Positions 44,986 to 61,020 of a DNA stretch of 64,000 nucleotides are shown here, piece after piece. This DNA comes from Selaginella moellendorffii. Lineage: Eukaryota > Plantae > Lycopodiophyta. The translations under genes were made by a program, and so were the position numbers. Every line of letters begins with the position of its first letter. The stretch's first letter is position 1. The notes below the pieces were generated by a model. It saw only the letters and a program-made list of their open reading frames with translations. It was not told where the DNA came from and did not search any database. The stretch covers positions 22,801-86,800 of the forward strand of contig NW_003314382.1 of the NCBI RefSeq assembly GCF_000143415.4, written 5' to 3'.

Positions 44986-47900
44986 CTAGGCCGGTGTTGG
45001 AGCCGGCGTGGTAGTGGTAGTCTGACTCTTAAACTTCGCCAAGCCCAGCACGATCTGGTAGTCCGCTGGCCTGAGCAGCCACTGGAAGCTCCGGACGATC
45101 ACATCTGGAAAGATCGCCACCACCACCACCAAGAGTTGTAGCAGCCAGTAGCTCGGGGACGGTGCCAAGACTTCCACAAACTCCATGAAAGCCCCGGTCG
45201 ATAGCTCTGGCGATAGCGAACCGTAGATGATGAGGAAGAGAAACCAGACGAGAATGCTGCCCCAGATCAGGAAGTGGTGGATCCAGGTGAAGTAGTGTAC
45301 GTAAGTGAAGAGCTGGAGATTGGGTACCAGGACCAGTCCGGTGAAGAGTGCCGCTCCGAAGTCCTGGAGCGCGGCTGGCTGCCCGTTTGATCGGAACGCC
45401 GAGACCAAGTAGAGTGCCACCGGGAAGAAGAAGATGACGAGCGATGCGTAGACCGAGTGGATGATAGATAGAAACACCAGCTTCGTGTTGAAGTACTGCT
45501 GCCTCTGGCCTGCTCGGTAAAGCTGCGGGTATCTTATGCAGTCCTCGGCGGAAACGTCCTGGTCTGTCGTTCCCACCGCTCCAACAGGAAGTGCGGTGAA
45601 CACCGTGCTGTAGAAGGATGCGTACCAGTCGTCGTAGAGAGGATTGCCCGAAAACACCGTGAAAATATTCGAGTAGACAGAAATCCAGCCTATAAGGCAG
45701 ACTTTGAACAAAAAGTAGCGAATCTGCGGAGGGCGAAATGCATGGGTGTGAGTGTCAGCAAAGACTCTACGACCGGAGAAGCTTACCATGACCGAAATAC
45801 GTCTATAACACCAATGACCATGTACAAGGAGTAGTCTCTCCAAAAATCGGAACTTTGCGATGGTAAAATCGGCAGCCATAGCAGCCTGCAGTCAAAACAC
45901 AGACAAAGGTTTTAGTCCACTAGAGAAAACAAGAGAGTTTTTTACCTGAGCACCTTCGACGCCAATAATCCCTACACCAACGTTGGCAACCTGGATCATT
46001 CCCACGTCGTTTGCCCCGTCGCCTATAGCCAGGCAAAGCTTGTCTTTACCCAATCCCTTCATTACCAGCTTCGCCACGAATGCCTTCTGCTTGGGTGAAA
46101 CTCTACAACAAATAACCGAGGAGCATTTTGTAGCTAGCTCCATGAATGAGTTCTGCAAATCTCCCGTCAGTATGACTGCCAGTGAATCACCATCGATAAC
46201 AAGTGCATAGGCATCATTCACAGCGTCGTCCATCTTTGTGTAGCTGCTTCTATCTCTCGACATCGTTCTCTGTAGGTTCTGGCTTCCAAAGGATCGAAAG
46301 CTTGAGACACCTCCGCTGTCTCTTTGAAGGATATTAGCAAACCTGCCAGACCCTCCTTCATGACGACTTGACGAGCTCCCGCGTGGAAGTTCATCCAGCT
46401 CAATGTTGCTCTCGAAGGCTCTCAGGCCGTCGTCGAGTTGCTGACGAACCAAAGTTTGCAGCTCCTGTAAAGTTGCCACAAGTTAATTGATCCCAAGAAA
46501 GGCTTCATAACACATACATCTTTTCTTCTTCTCGCTCTATCGTCCGGGGACAATCCTCCATGCGACAGCTTCTCGTCAAGAACCTGCACTGACGATCCTC
46601 CCAGGCTTACGATGAGTTTATCCATGCCGGGTCGCAGTAAACTGTGGAAAAAATACCATACGAACATTTAAAATAGATATGTAAGAAAAAAGCGGTGCCT
46701 TTTACCTGCATGCGTAGCCAATGTTAATAGCGGTCTCCATCTTGTCTCCCGTTAGAACCCATATTTTGATTCCTGCCTGAGCAAGGCGTTCGATACACTT
46801 GGGGACACCTTCCTGTAGCTTGTCTTCGACACCTGTTCCACCGAGGAGTTTCAATCCTCTTTCTATCTCGTCCTGTACTTCTTCCAGAATCTCCTCCCGG
46901 TTTTTCCCGATCACATTTTGAGCAGTAGTGAACTTCTCCAGCCACTGCTCATACTCTACTGGCTTGAGTTCTTTGTAGGCAAACACCAGCGTCCTAAGAC
47001 CGACCTCGGCATAAGTTCGCAAGTGGTCCAGTGTTATGGATATATGTTCTTCGTCATGGCGATCCAAACGGTCGAGCATCACGGAATCAGCACCTTTCGA
47101 TAGAAGCACGATGTTACCTCCTGGAAGGCGCACGATCACCGACATGCGTTTCCTGGCGCTGCTGAACTCCAGCACATTTAGAAGCTCATAAGCATTATCA
47201 GCAGTTTCTCCTTTGGTTCCAGTTATCTCCCTCACATATAGAGTAGTCGGGGTCTTCTTGTAGAAAACATATCCAAACTGCTGGGCCGCCACCACAAGAG
47301 CAGTCTCATCGGGAGACTCAGCGCGATACTGGATAGATTTTGGATCCGCAATATCACCCTCGGGTAGCGCTGTGTGGCAGAGAGCGAGCGTCTGGAAGAA
47401 AAGCTTAATCCTGTCGGCATTCTCCTGTTTCAGCCACTTCCCATCCATCAACCGGTCGTCCTGGAAATTGAACCCCTTCACAACCGGATCACTGGTGTCA
47501 GCATCCTCGGCGTGAGCCTCCAGGAAAGGTATTCCCAGCCTCTTGGACGCTCTTTCAACGTCTGTAGATCCCGTCCCATATGAAGTTCCATCGATGGTAC
47601 ACTTGCAAAAATCCATCTGGTTGGCAGTGAGCGTTCCAGTCTTGTCGGACAGGATGGTATCCACTTGTCCAAGTTCTTCGTTCAACCCGGAAGACTTCAC
47701 TTTCGCAGGCCGGTCAGTCTCCTCGTCGTACATGCCCAGGTCCTGGCCAATAAACAAGGCTTGGATCACTCGGACAATCTCCAGCGTGACGTAGAGAGAG
47801 ATCGGGATAAGGTAGCCATATAACACCAGGCCGTTTACAAACGCGATGATACCAGCGATGGCTGCTCTCCTGGGATTGTAATAAGGATTGTCCTCGAAAG

Positions 47901-49029
47901 GCCTGAAGTAGAACAGCCTCGACAGTCGGAACCTCGTCAAGAGGCCACCTGCTAGACCCGTTGCCAAGCTCATGACGAAGAGTATCCCAAACATAACCCA
48001 CATGATGTGATCCAGCTTCTGGTCCATGCGGCTGCGTTTCGACGGTGGATTGATGGCGTTTCTCATGACTTTCGTGTCCCGTCCCGCGTAAATCACCACC
48101 CCGTATACGTAATCCGTGTTTTGGAGGCAGGAGTCCCTGAGAAGCACCTGCGGCGGTCCCATGGGAGAAACCTGGCCATCCGGAAACTCCAGCCTGCCGC
48201 TGAACGTATAAAGCGAAGCGTTGGGAGGCTCGCACTTCAGAACCGCATCAAAGTCCTTGAAGCTTTCATCGCTAACCAAATGACTTGTACTTTGCGACGC
48301 TTGTCGGACCTGCCTATCAAATCACAGAAACGAGATTACTTGTGTTCACTCAAGGAATAAGCCAGACGTCACCTTTAAGTTAGTCTCCCCGTCGAGGTTC
48401 TTCGTCTCTACGTAGCACACTCCATCGGAATTGCTGGATTGCAGAAGCAGTAGATCTGCCGGGAAGAACTCCTTGTCCTTGACTTTGACCACATCTCCGA
48501 CCAGAAGCTCCCTCCACAGCTTCACTTGTGCCGTGCCTCTCGTGCAACATGTCACGGGCCTGGAATTAATCTCACGATCCCCTCGTGCTCGACGAACATC
48601 CTCCCAGAGCTCTCTCGCCATGCCGAGGGCAATGACGAAGAGAAGGGGCAAAATAACGCTGACCGGTCGGTATGGACTGAAGGGCGTTAGCGACAGCCCC
48701 GCCATAGCCGTGAAGTACCAATAAGCTGCTCGCCGATACTGCTCAAACAAAGATCTCGGTACGAAACTGTACCATGTATACTTTGTAGTCCAGGTTCTAT
48801 TGTTTGGATACCTGGAGTGAAAAGGATAAAGAAACTTACAGCGAAACAAGAGCTAAGATCGCAATTCATACCTGAAAGGGGCATTGAGTGGCGGATTGTT
48901 GCAGTGGACTTCATGTTCGTCTCCATCAGCAATCGCCAGTAGATCTTCCGCATCCCCACCGCGCTTAGATCTTCCACTCCAGCATTTCCTCGCACTCTTC
49001 CATACGTGCACAAGGAAATCCGGCCCCAT
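44986..49029 (-). CDS. ALA: P4-type ATPase phospholipid flippase (ALA family), multi-exon
   Basis: [59 protein letters not shown] and [16 protein letters not shown]; first exon MGPDF... at 49029. Confidence 0.93.
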
Positions 49030-50322
49030 AACTCAACCTCCCACGAGCAAAACTTCCTCCTCTTTACTGTCAAGGTAAAGCCTTAAAACGAGAGAGGAAA
49101 GGGGCACGGGCCGCTTCAAAGGAAAATAACGAGTCAGAGATCCCAACTTCTAGAACGACTCCTCCAGCAATTGCGCGCTCTTTGACACGAACTTGCAAGC
49201 ACCAAAGTCAACCGGAATGGCAACGTGCCGACAAGGCATTCATGAAAGTGCTATGAAAATGCTTTCGTGTGAGCAAGTGGAACAAGCCCAAACAGCGTGA
49301 ACACATGGACCGCATGAGCGAGGTGCCGGACGAACGAAGGCAAATTTATGCCCAACGCAACAACAAAAAAGAGGAACTGCACAAAGGAAGAAAAGAAAAA
49401 AAGGGCTCGACTCCCTAACAAGGACGCTAGACTGCTAAAAATCTCTCCAAACCAAAATGGGGAGGAGCGCCACTATTCCTTCTCGGACTTTGGACGGGCA
49501 AAGGGCCAAGCCACAAGAAAACAAAGCAAGGGGCGGCGGCAAGGAATGGGGGAACTGCATTTTCGTCCGGCCATACCTCAGAGCGCGTTAGCGGCAGCCT
49601 TTGTTGATCCGTCGCGCGGCGACGACCATAGCCATGGCGCTTTCACGGATCCAGCGCCCCCTCATTCTCCAAGATATTAGGGCAAACTACTCCGTCGTCG
49701 TCCTCCTCGTCGCGCGCGAGCAGCTTCACGGCGCCTTCGCCACGACCTAACAATCGCTCTCCTCTCTTCTTTCTCTCCCTCTGAAATTCAAAACCGATAA
49801 ATCCCCCTATAAACCCTAGGCATATTCCATGGAGGTAGAAGCGGATATGCCCTTAGTCGTCGCCACGTTTGCCTCTTTTGACGTGCACTCGTCAAAAAGA
49901 GATCGAGGCTCGACCGTGACATTCCACGTAATCACGCAACATGAGGTTTTGGTGATCAAAGCAAGCTAGAATTTTTCTCCTCCTTCGTTTTTTTCCTTTT
50001 GGGCTCATCCAATGGTGACGCTCGGAGGATCAAATCCTTTGCTTCGTCGTTTGCGATCATCATCTTCTCATAGCTTTAAGATGATCTCGATTTGCTTTGG
50101 TGGTGACCTCCTTGTAGCTTTGATCGAATCGCTTCGATCACGCCTGTGACGATCCTCTCTCTTTTTCTACTTTTTTCTCTCGATTCACCAAACTTTAGTA
50201 GCTCTTTTCTTCCTTTTTAATTTCGGGTGTTGGTTCTTTTTCTCCTTTTTTTTTTTGGCTTTTGCTTCCACTGACGAAGAGCTGACGAAAAACATCAAAA
50301 TTACCTGGGATCACTCATCCTT

Positions 50323-51926
50323 TCAGCGCCGGTTTGGACTCCGCGAGGCAAAGAACTCGAAGTCGGGGTGGCGGACACGGAGTCCCTTGAGCCACGAGTC
50401 CGCATGGCCCTCCAAGTTGGATGCCAGGAGCTTCTCGGGGTTTCCAGCCGACGTCCAAAACGCTCCCCTGAGCTTGTAAGATCCCAGTCCAAACGACTGC
50501 AAAACCAGCCTTTTCAAGCCATCCTCTGGCCGGATGGAACCATCGACCAAGTCGAGCCTCGCGGATCCCAGAGGAGGCTCGGGAGCATCTGAAATCTCTG
50601 ATCCATTGGCATCTTCAGAAACTTTCTGTAGCACCACAGCCATTACCTTGTAAAGGAGTGGAAAGCGAGTGGAAAGTTAGAAAGCAAGTTCCCAGGTCTT
50701 TGAGAGTTGGCCCCGTTGGAATGCGATAGATGGGATACCTGGGAGTGAAAGCTTTGCGCTCAGGGCGAACAAAAGAACAAGCTTGTGGACATACCAAGCT
50801 ATCGAGAACCAGCTTGTCGGCAAGAGCTCGTAGCTACGGAGCGTCCTGATATCCGGAAAACTCCGTTCGAGCTCGCTAATCTGAAAAGCACGAGAAAAAC
50901 ATGAAGAACTTGAAAAAGTTTCGAAGCCATACCTTGCCAATCAGAGGAACGCGGCTGTAAGGCGCTGAGTCCTCGAGGTAACTGAGGAGGAGATGATCGG
51001 CCTCCTTGCGCTCCCAGTTGTCTACTTCTTCGTCATCGTCATCGCTCAACACTTCATGCAAGGCACTCAGCGTTGCGTTGCTACGGCCGCGGCAGAATCC
51101 CGTGGTCTGGCACTTCTTCCAGAAGGACGTCCGGATGGGACCGATCCCCTCCACACTGGATTCACTGTCATTGTCGCTGCTCACATCACTGTTTGAGTCA
51201 CGGTAGTCACTGCTCTCGCTAGCATCACTGGAGTCATGGCAAAACTTCCTGCGACAAGAACACAAAAATCGCTTAGAATAAGAAGCTGGCGAAAGCAAAG
51301 AAACGCGAGAAACGACTTACCTCGAGTTCAAGCAACGCCTCAAACCCGTCCTTGTGTAGAGTTGAAGCGCAGAAAGGTATGGTACGTAGTACTGCACCAC
51401 TTCCTCCTTCCCGTTTAGCACCAGAGGAACTCCAGCTCCATAGGCGCTCCACTCGTCAAAACTATCCCACAAATCTCCCAGGGTGAAAAAAGGGATGGAT
51501 TCCACATTGGCCGGCCTCCATCTCTTGACACTGCTGTCCCAAAGACAAGTCTGCAAGAGAGAAGAACCATAAAAAAGAAAAGAGAACCAAATCCTCGTTA
51601 GCTCATCGCTAGAACAAAATGCCAATGCCACAGCAAACCTTTGGCAGATATTGCAGTTGTACTTTGGGCGTTGTGTGGTGTAGAAATTGGTCCAGGTTTG
51701 ATGACGACGTCGAGGCCTCGCTCACTTGCCGAGATTTCTCGTCTGGAATGATCCGTGGCGCTGATGCCACCGCGGTCGGCCTGGAAGTTTTGCAAGGGGA
51801 ATTCCTATTGCCATCGCCACAGCAGCAACAGCAGCATCCTCCTCCCCCTTTTCCACCCAATTTCGAGGCTATGTTGTGCTCAATTGCAACATCCGACATA
51901 GCCACTTGCTCTATTTGCCCCACCAT
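50323..51926 (-). CDS. DUF789 family protein, multi-exon
   Basis: [77 protein letters not shown] and FGLGSYKL...HPDFEFF. Confidence 0.9.
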
Positions 51927-52440
51927 GGGCAATCCTAAGCTAGAAATTCGTACTACACTACCACGATTCTACCCGGATCGCAAGAAATCCACAATGAAGA
52001 CCGCGGCACCAGCGCGAGCTATGGAATCAGGATTAAAACCCTACCTCTTCGTCTCCCCAAAGACTCTAGCAGCCAAGCACACAAAAACAACACGGGAGAG
52101 AGAGAGAGAGAAAGAGAGGAAACTCGCCATCGAGGGTTAAGTGTCGGGCATATACCAGTAACACGTGGAAGGATATTCCGGGAATAGTTCGTGTGCGCGT
52201 ATAATGTGTGCCCCTTATTTTTCTCTGTGGGTTGATTTGCCTAAATGGGCGACCTTTCCACGATACAAATCCAAATCCCAGTGATCCACATCGGCGTATC
52301 ATCACGATCGATTTCTTTGTCAAGGATTTGACCGAGCCGATAACGTTATCCCTTGAACCTAGGGCTGACGTCACCAGGGGTTAGGGTTTGCGTGGCTTTC
52401 CAAATCCAAACGGGGAAAAGGTGGGGGGAGATTAGAAAGA

Positions 52441-53341
52441 ATGGCCTGTCCACGCCGAAGTAGCCGATGGTACACGGCCAATGAGGTGAAAGAGCACTGC
52501 ACGCTTGGCGATTGCTGGGTCACGTCCCTGGGAACCGTCTATGACGTTACCAAGCTCATCCCAAAGAACCCCGGCGTCCTTGGCAAGGTATCCCATTGTC
52601 TATCCTATTGTCTCTTCCAAAATGCGATTTTTTGGCTTCCATCGTCGCGATCTAAGCTTTGGCTTGGCCTTCTCGTCAAGTGTGTGCGCAGTTGCTCGTC
52701 TACGAAGCCGGCGGTGACATAAGCCACTGGTTTGATGCCAAGACTGGCAGCGTCAAGCTCTACCGGGATCCAGTCTCCAACGTCGAGACCTTCGACGTTC
52801 CACAGGTGATGATAAGTTTTGCTTGCCAGAGCTCTCGCCGAGGATCTGTTGGTGTCACTGCTCGCAGGGGCGATTCGTTCACATCCCACCGACGGGACCC
52901 CGGACGGACTGGAACAGCGGCTACCCCTTCGACTGGTGGAACGATCCCGAGTATATCATCGGGAGCTGAGCAGGAAGACCCGGATGGTGAGGATCAAGAA
53001 CGTTCTCATCGACCACGAGATCCTTCTCGAGGTAAGCTTTTAAGTTGGCAAAGTCTGTTCCTCTTTCTCGCCTGATTTTCTTCAACTAGGTGCCGTCCGA
53101 GGAGAATGTGCAGCACATCCTCGAGCGTTATCTCGCGTACAACGCGCACGCCAACAGCTACACCTGGAAAGCAATGTGTGTAAATGACAAGAAAGAGTTT
53201 GTCGACTTGAGCATGGAGAAGACACTCACCGAGAACGGGATAGCCGACGAGGCCGACCTGTTTGTGTCCCTGGGCCTAGCATCGTACTTTTACATCCCGG
53301 TCGTCCACATCTACTTCAACGATGACTTAACAGTTGCCTGA
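52441..53341 (+). CDS. CYB5D1: Cytochrome b5 domain-containing protein 1, multi-exon
   Basis: WYTANEVKEHCTLGDCWV...VYDVT, AGGDISHWFD, GRFVHIPP, RYLAYNAHANSYTWK, LSMEKTLTENGI and YIPVVHIYFNDDLTVA. Confidence 0.88.
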
Positions 53342-55691
53342 GACGTTTGCGCTCTTCGTTGCCGGCACCTGGAACTTTGCAATGAAGAATCCGATTGTAT
53401 CGACTGGACTGGACGGATCAAATCTTTGCACTAGATATTGCTCTCCTTCCTTGAGCCATTCCCTGTAGTTCAAAAGGAGTAACTTTGGCCTGCTCTTAAA
53501 AGTAAAAAGATCATTGTACCTGTAGCCACGACCATCATAGACACTCGTTCCTCCGACAAGCCCCGGGCCTCCAATCTTTGGCACCTGGCACAATTAACTG
53601 TTTGACTGTCTAATCTGATCAGAAAAGAACTAACTTTTACCTGATCCACAAGCACCAAAAACTTATACTTGTCTAGTGCATAACGCACCAAAGCTTCATT
53701 CTCGCCAGGATTAATGGTGCACCTGCACAAAGTCCTCCACGAAACATCAGTTTACACACAACACACTGCACGACTTACGTGGAATACACTAACGTTCCGC
53801 CCGCTTTCACAAGTTCCACGGCTCTGTCAAACAGCCGACGCTGGTAAATCGCATGCCGTCCCAGAGATTCTAACGTTTCCTGTAAGAAAACGATAACAGT
53901 TTAATCCCAGGAAAAAAGGATAAGTACGTCACCTCGGCAGCAAAAAGACGTGGCCTCAATCCTAATGCCGAGCATGGTGCATCGAGTAAAACTCTGTCAA
54001 ACGAGTTTGGAGGAAAGCGTTTTATCATGTCCACTCTGCCTCCTAAATGCTGTCCTCTTCCACGGCCGTTCTTCAGTCTCCGGGATTCTTTTCTTTCACG
54101 AGCTTTACTTGTATATTGACTAGTCGGTGGAACTTCAGTCTGAGGGGGATCACCCAGAGTTGCCATAAAGCACTGGATTTCTGCACGGCCAAAGTGAGAG
54201 ATATTTGCAAAAAAAACACAGGCATAATTGCACGTCAGACCTTTCTCTAAAGGCTGTGTCAGCGCTAGCGAAGATTGCGCATCGGAATCCACCTGGACAG
54301 ATTTCAAAGCGTCTAATTTGAAAGCCTGAATGCAGGACAATCCAAGTTCCTTCGCAAGGCTTAAAATTTCCAGGACCTGGTCGGACAAGTCAGAAAATCG
54401 ACAAATAAATGGTATTTTCTCACCTTGTTATGTGTCCGATCCAAAGCGATCACTTCTCCAGTATTGTTCATCAGAGAGGCAATAGCAGTCGTTTTACCAC
54501 CCGGGGCAGCACACATATCCAATATCCTCTCTCCAGGCTGTGGATCTGGACAAACCTTAGTTTTATTTTTTCATCGATTGATCGTGAGGAATCTAACATA
54601 CCGAGGACAATGGCCGTGACAATGCTCGGTAGATTTTGTAAGAACACCCTTCCTTCAAGTATTCCTGAGACACAAGCGTAAAACCAAGAGCAGAAAGGCT
54701 GTTTATATTACCATGAAAGGCAGGAAGGTTGTAAATCCGATCTGTCATTTTAACTGCAATGCCTTGCCTTTCCCTGAACAACGTAGGCCGGGACATCATC
54801 GCGCGGCCTTTCCCGATAAACCAGTCATATGGACTGCCTCCAAGAGCTGCAAACCCGGAAGAATAAGTCAAAAAACTGTATCAGAGTGGAAAATACTTTA
54901 CATGATTCCCAATCGCTCAGAGGGATAGTCGTCCCTCGAGTAACCCCATTCGACCATTTCCCCGCGCTATCCTTGACTTCAATCCTCGCAAAAACTGCTA
55001 CGGAGTCACCTTCATCGACATGCTCGCTACAAGCTAAAACACCTGGAACAAAAACCTTTCACGCTGTCGTTAAAGACTATAAGAGAGAAACGCGGAACAC
55101 AAAAACTCTTACCTCGGCACCACGGAGCACAGCTTCCGCACACTTTCTACTAACCATTACGATCTTTTGTACCTCGTCGTCATAGCTCACGTCGCAAGGA
55201 CCACGGCCAGGCACAATCACCACATTTTTAAGCAAGGGATGCTCGTAGCAAGTCGTTCCTTCCGCTTCCTTGCTCGATAAGAATTCCTTGAGCTCCGCGA
55301 TGACGGCGGCAGTACTTGTTTGCATCGCATTGACGCGAACACAGCAGTACGTAGAAGGCCGACTGCGTTGAAACAAGACGTAAGTAAACGTTTCTAAAAA
55401 CTAGAGAACTTTCAAGGCAAGAAAAACTAAGTAAAGTCTCTCAAAACTCTCGAAAACCAGAGAACTTCCAAGGCAAGAAAAACTAGAAACCACTAGAGAG
55501 CATCACGAAATTTGCAAAACAAGGCAGCAAAATGCCCAAGCATTCTATAGGAATCAAATCTATCCTTCCAAAACTTACGTGAGCGCGTCACAGATTCGAG
55601 AGAAGTGATCCGGACCATAAGCCTCTCTAAGGTACTCGTACACTGCTGGATTCCACAGCAATGCCGGCCTATAGCCGAGCTTGCGCTGCAT
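53327..55691 (-). CDS. NSUN6: NOL1/NOP2/Sun-family m5C RNA methyltransferase with PUA domain (NSUN6-like), multi-exon
   Basis: RKCAEAVLRGAE, LQNLPSIVT, ILDMCAAPGGKTT, FDRVLLDAPCSALGLRPRL, STCTINPGENE and DTIGFFIAKF. Confidence 0.88.
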
Positions 55692-56109
55692 TGCGCGCCT
55701 CGAATCGAGCAAAGATTTCCTAAAGCCCTAATCCCCGCTAGCCCTACTTTTCGATTCCCATTGCCCTAACTAACGACCCAGTGCCCGTGAATTCTCCACA
55801 GGAATCGCAAGCGCCGTCCATGGTTTCCAGGTCTGTCTCCTCGATTCCTAGCGACCGATCGTCGGCGCCAGGGCCAGCGCCAGCGCCCTAGCCGATGGAT
55901 TTCGACGTCTCCCTCTCGCAAGCTGCTAGATCCAAGCTTTTCGACAAGAGAGCGACCAGATGATTGGCGATGGGCAGGAATCTCAGCCCGGGATTGACAA
56001 TGCAGCACCTCTAGAGCGCCAGAAAGGTTCCAAGAGTCTTTAGCGTAGCAATGCAGCGTCTCTAGAGAGGGGGAAAAGCTCCAAAGGCTCCATTCTAGCG
56101 CTGTGATCT

Positions 56110-58023
<1,914 letters not shown>

Positions 58024-59399
58024 AGAAACTCAAACCACAAGCTCCAAGATCGAGCTTCAGTAGGCCACTCGGTTTTGGAGCTCCAATGCCTCTTTGCATT
58101 ATCCAAGTCCGATCGATGGACACGATCATGAATCTCATCACGTGTACATTGTTTCTGCAATTTCTAAGATTCTTTCTACAAGAATCAAAAACAACCTTGT
58201 CATCATAATCAGGGATCACTGGATTAAAGCTGACAACTAGAGAGGAACTTGTACTACTTCAAGTCTTAGGAAAGTGGCTAATTGGTCCTGAATACACACT
58301 TAGAGGAAGAATCTTTATTGGACATTGGAGGAATAGGTGAGTAATAATAATTTCATGCCCAATAAATTTATATAAATTTTTAAAGATTCAAAATTTAATT
58401 TTTTATCATATTTCCACCACTAACATTGATATTTCATATTAATGTCCAATTCTTTAAAAGCATTGATTATTTTACTTTCTATTGTTTCATATGGCATACA
58501 TACATGGCATATGAAACAAATAAAGAGTTCTATATTGGTAATTTATACTTAGAAAAGTAAAAAATAAAGTTAAAAGATGACACTATAAAAATTTAATAGT
58601 TATTTTTCAATGTATAGATATGGTTAATTTTTAAGTAAAATATTTGTACTTATTTTCTTATGAAAATAAAAGTTATGAATTCTTATTTTTTAATCATAAT
58701 TTCCTGTTGGATGGTTCCCATGTGTAATAATAAAAATAAAGTAATTGAGTTATAATATTATTATATTTAATTTCTTGTGTTAGAATTAATAATGGAAAAC
58801 AATATTTACTCTAAACCCTAACCATAAAAATAAAAGTAGCATTAATATTTATAAAATAATTTTTTGAACATTGAATCATAATCTAACATATAGTGATTGA
58901 TCTATTACATCTATATTTGTCTCAAAAAATATATTTAATAGTTTAAGTAATGAAAAAATACTTGTATATATACTCTAGACACAAGTTAAAATATTCAAAG
59001 AGCCATTTATTTCTAATATATGTCTTGTCTGAAAATATGTTATTAATAAACTCATCAAATAATGATGAAACTTTAGACAAGTTATGTATAAAGATATGTA
59101 ATAAATATTATATGTTTATATGTGCTATATTATATATGCTACTATAAATGTAAAACAAATTCCTCACTCACTTATACATGGCTCAAATGTTTAGTAAACT
59201 CCACTTGGACAAATGCAAGAATGCTCATCAAATACTAATCCTAAGATTTAGCATCGGCAGTTTGTGGCAATCATGAAAGTAAACTCAATCTTATTAGCAA
59301 TATCTGATTATAACTATATAAGAGTTTATATAGTGAAGCACTAACAAAACTTTGTACCTTTATGATATACATATACTAAAAAGAAGGCAAATAACCATC

Positions 59400-61020
59400 C
59401 TAATCCAAATGTTGAAAGTTTATATATTTTATGATCATGCTTTTGAAGATCTAAATGAGTTGTTCTACCAAACCATTTATCTATAGATGATAAGCACTTA
59501 TAAAAGTATGGCATATCTTTAGTCAAGATATTAAAACATGAAATGCCTCAGCTATAAATGCAAGATTATTATCTGAGAGAATTCATGTTTGACAAAATTG
59601 TTAGAATACCACTCAATTGAGGAGAAAGTATCTAACAACAATTGTAAACTCATTAGTAAGAGCACCAACTTCCACTTAGCAAGTCAAGTAGTTAAAACCA
59701 ATAATAAAATATTCATTACTAATAGTCAACCATGGAAAATGCTTCATCAAATCAAATGCATTAACTCAAATAAATGAGAAAATGCAATTGATTTCAACCC
59801 TTCTTTCGTAACATGAGATAGAGTATTATGAGTTTAGCATTAAACATAACTACACATATACCAAATACCATCATGTCCCATCTTTAGTCAATAGAAAGAT
59901 TTGTGTAGCTTTTCCATCACATAAAAATGCCTCATATATCTATCTAAAATAAGATAATCATGATAATCATAGAGAAAGCATGGAATAAAAATCGAAAGTG
60001 CTACTAACCACAAATGATTATCATGATCAATCCCCATAAAATGAAAGTTATCCTCAAAGCGATATTGAAAATATAAATGCCAAAATAACAAATCATCAAC
60101 AAGTGATACAAAATTCTCAAATCCATCACAAAGACTTTAAATCTATGGCTCAACCTTTTAAGCCTTATGAACCTCGTAAAAAAAATTAAATCTTGCTTTC
60201 GGCCTTATAAACATTAAATATCAAGTATAATAACTGTCGATAGTATAAAATCCTTGTCCAAAAAATCCATAAATGCTAAAACAATAGGCTCATTAAGAAC
60301 AAAAGAAAATAGCAAAGAAGGAAGAGGAGCTCGAGAAAATGCCTCAACATCAACTATAGAACTCCCCAAGAAATTAACAACTTTGAAATCATATATTTAA
60401 AGCTTTAAAGCCTATCGAGCAATATAACCAACCAAGTTTTTCCACTTAATAATGAAGTAACTACAGCATAATCACTTTTTAGTAATATTCAACAACCATG
60501 CAAATATACATGAAGCTTTTTGAAACCCAAAATTGCTGCTAAACACTCTTTTTTTATCATGGAATAGTTCATCTCTATTCATTATAATATACAACTAATA
60601 TATGCAATGAGATAACGTTAACTAGGCACACTCGTACTTTCTTGCATTAAGACACCCCCAAGACTGATATCAGAAGTATCCACATACAAAATGAAAGGTT
60701 GAGTATAATCAGGATATGCCAAAAACCAGAGGAGTCATTAACAGTTCTTTAAAATCTGTAAATGCCTATTTGCAATCTTTAGATTACACAAAAGATGATA
60801 TTGACGACTTTAATAATGCTCACAATGGTGCAGTACGATTAAAAAAATAATCAACCAAATGACTAAGATAGTATTTTTTGCCCAAAAAGCATTGCACATC
60901 ATTCATACACTTCAGAGTAGGGAACTTTAGAGTAATCACAAGTTTGTTAAATTTAACTTGCAAACCTTCACGAAAAATATAATACCCAAGATAAGTTATG
61001 TCCTTAAATCTAAAGATGTA
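59400..61020 (-). mobile_element. Degenerate Ty3/gypsy pol (RT-RNase H) remnant
   Basis: Minus-strand translation gives FRFKDITYLGY (end of RT, ~61015) and AYPDYTQPFILYVDTSDISLGGVLMQ (RNase H linker, ~60720-60640); riddled with stops. Confidence 0.7.
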
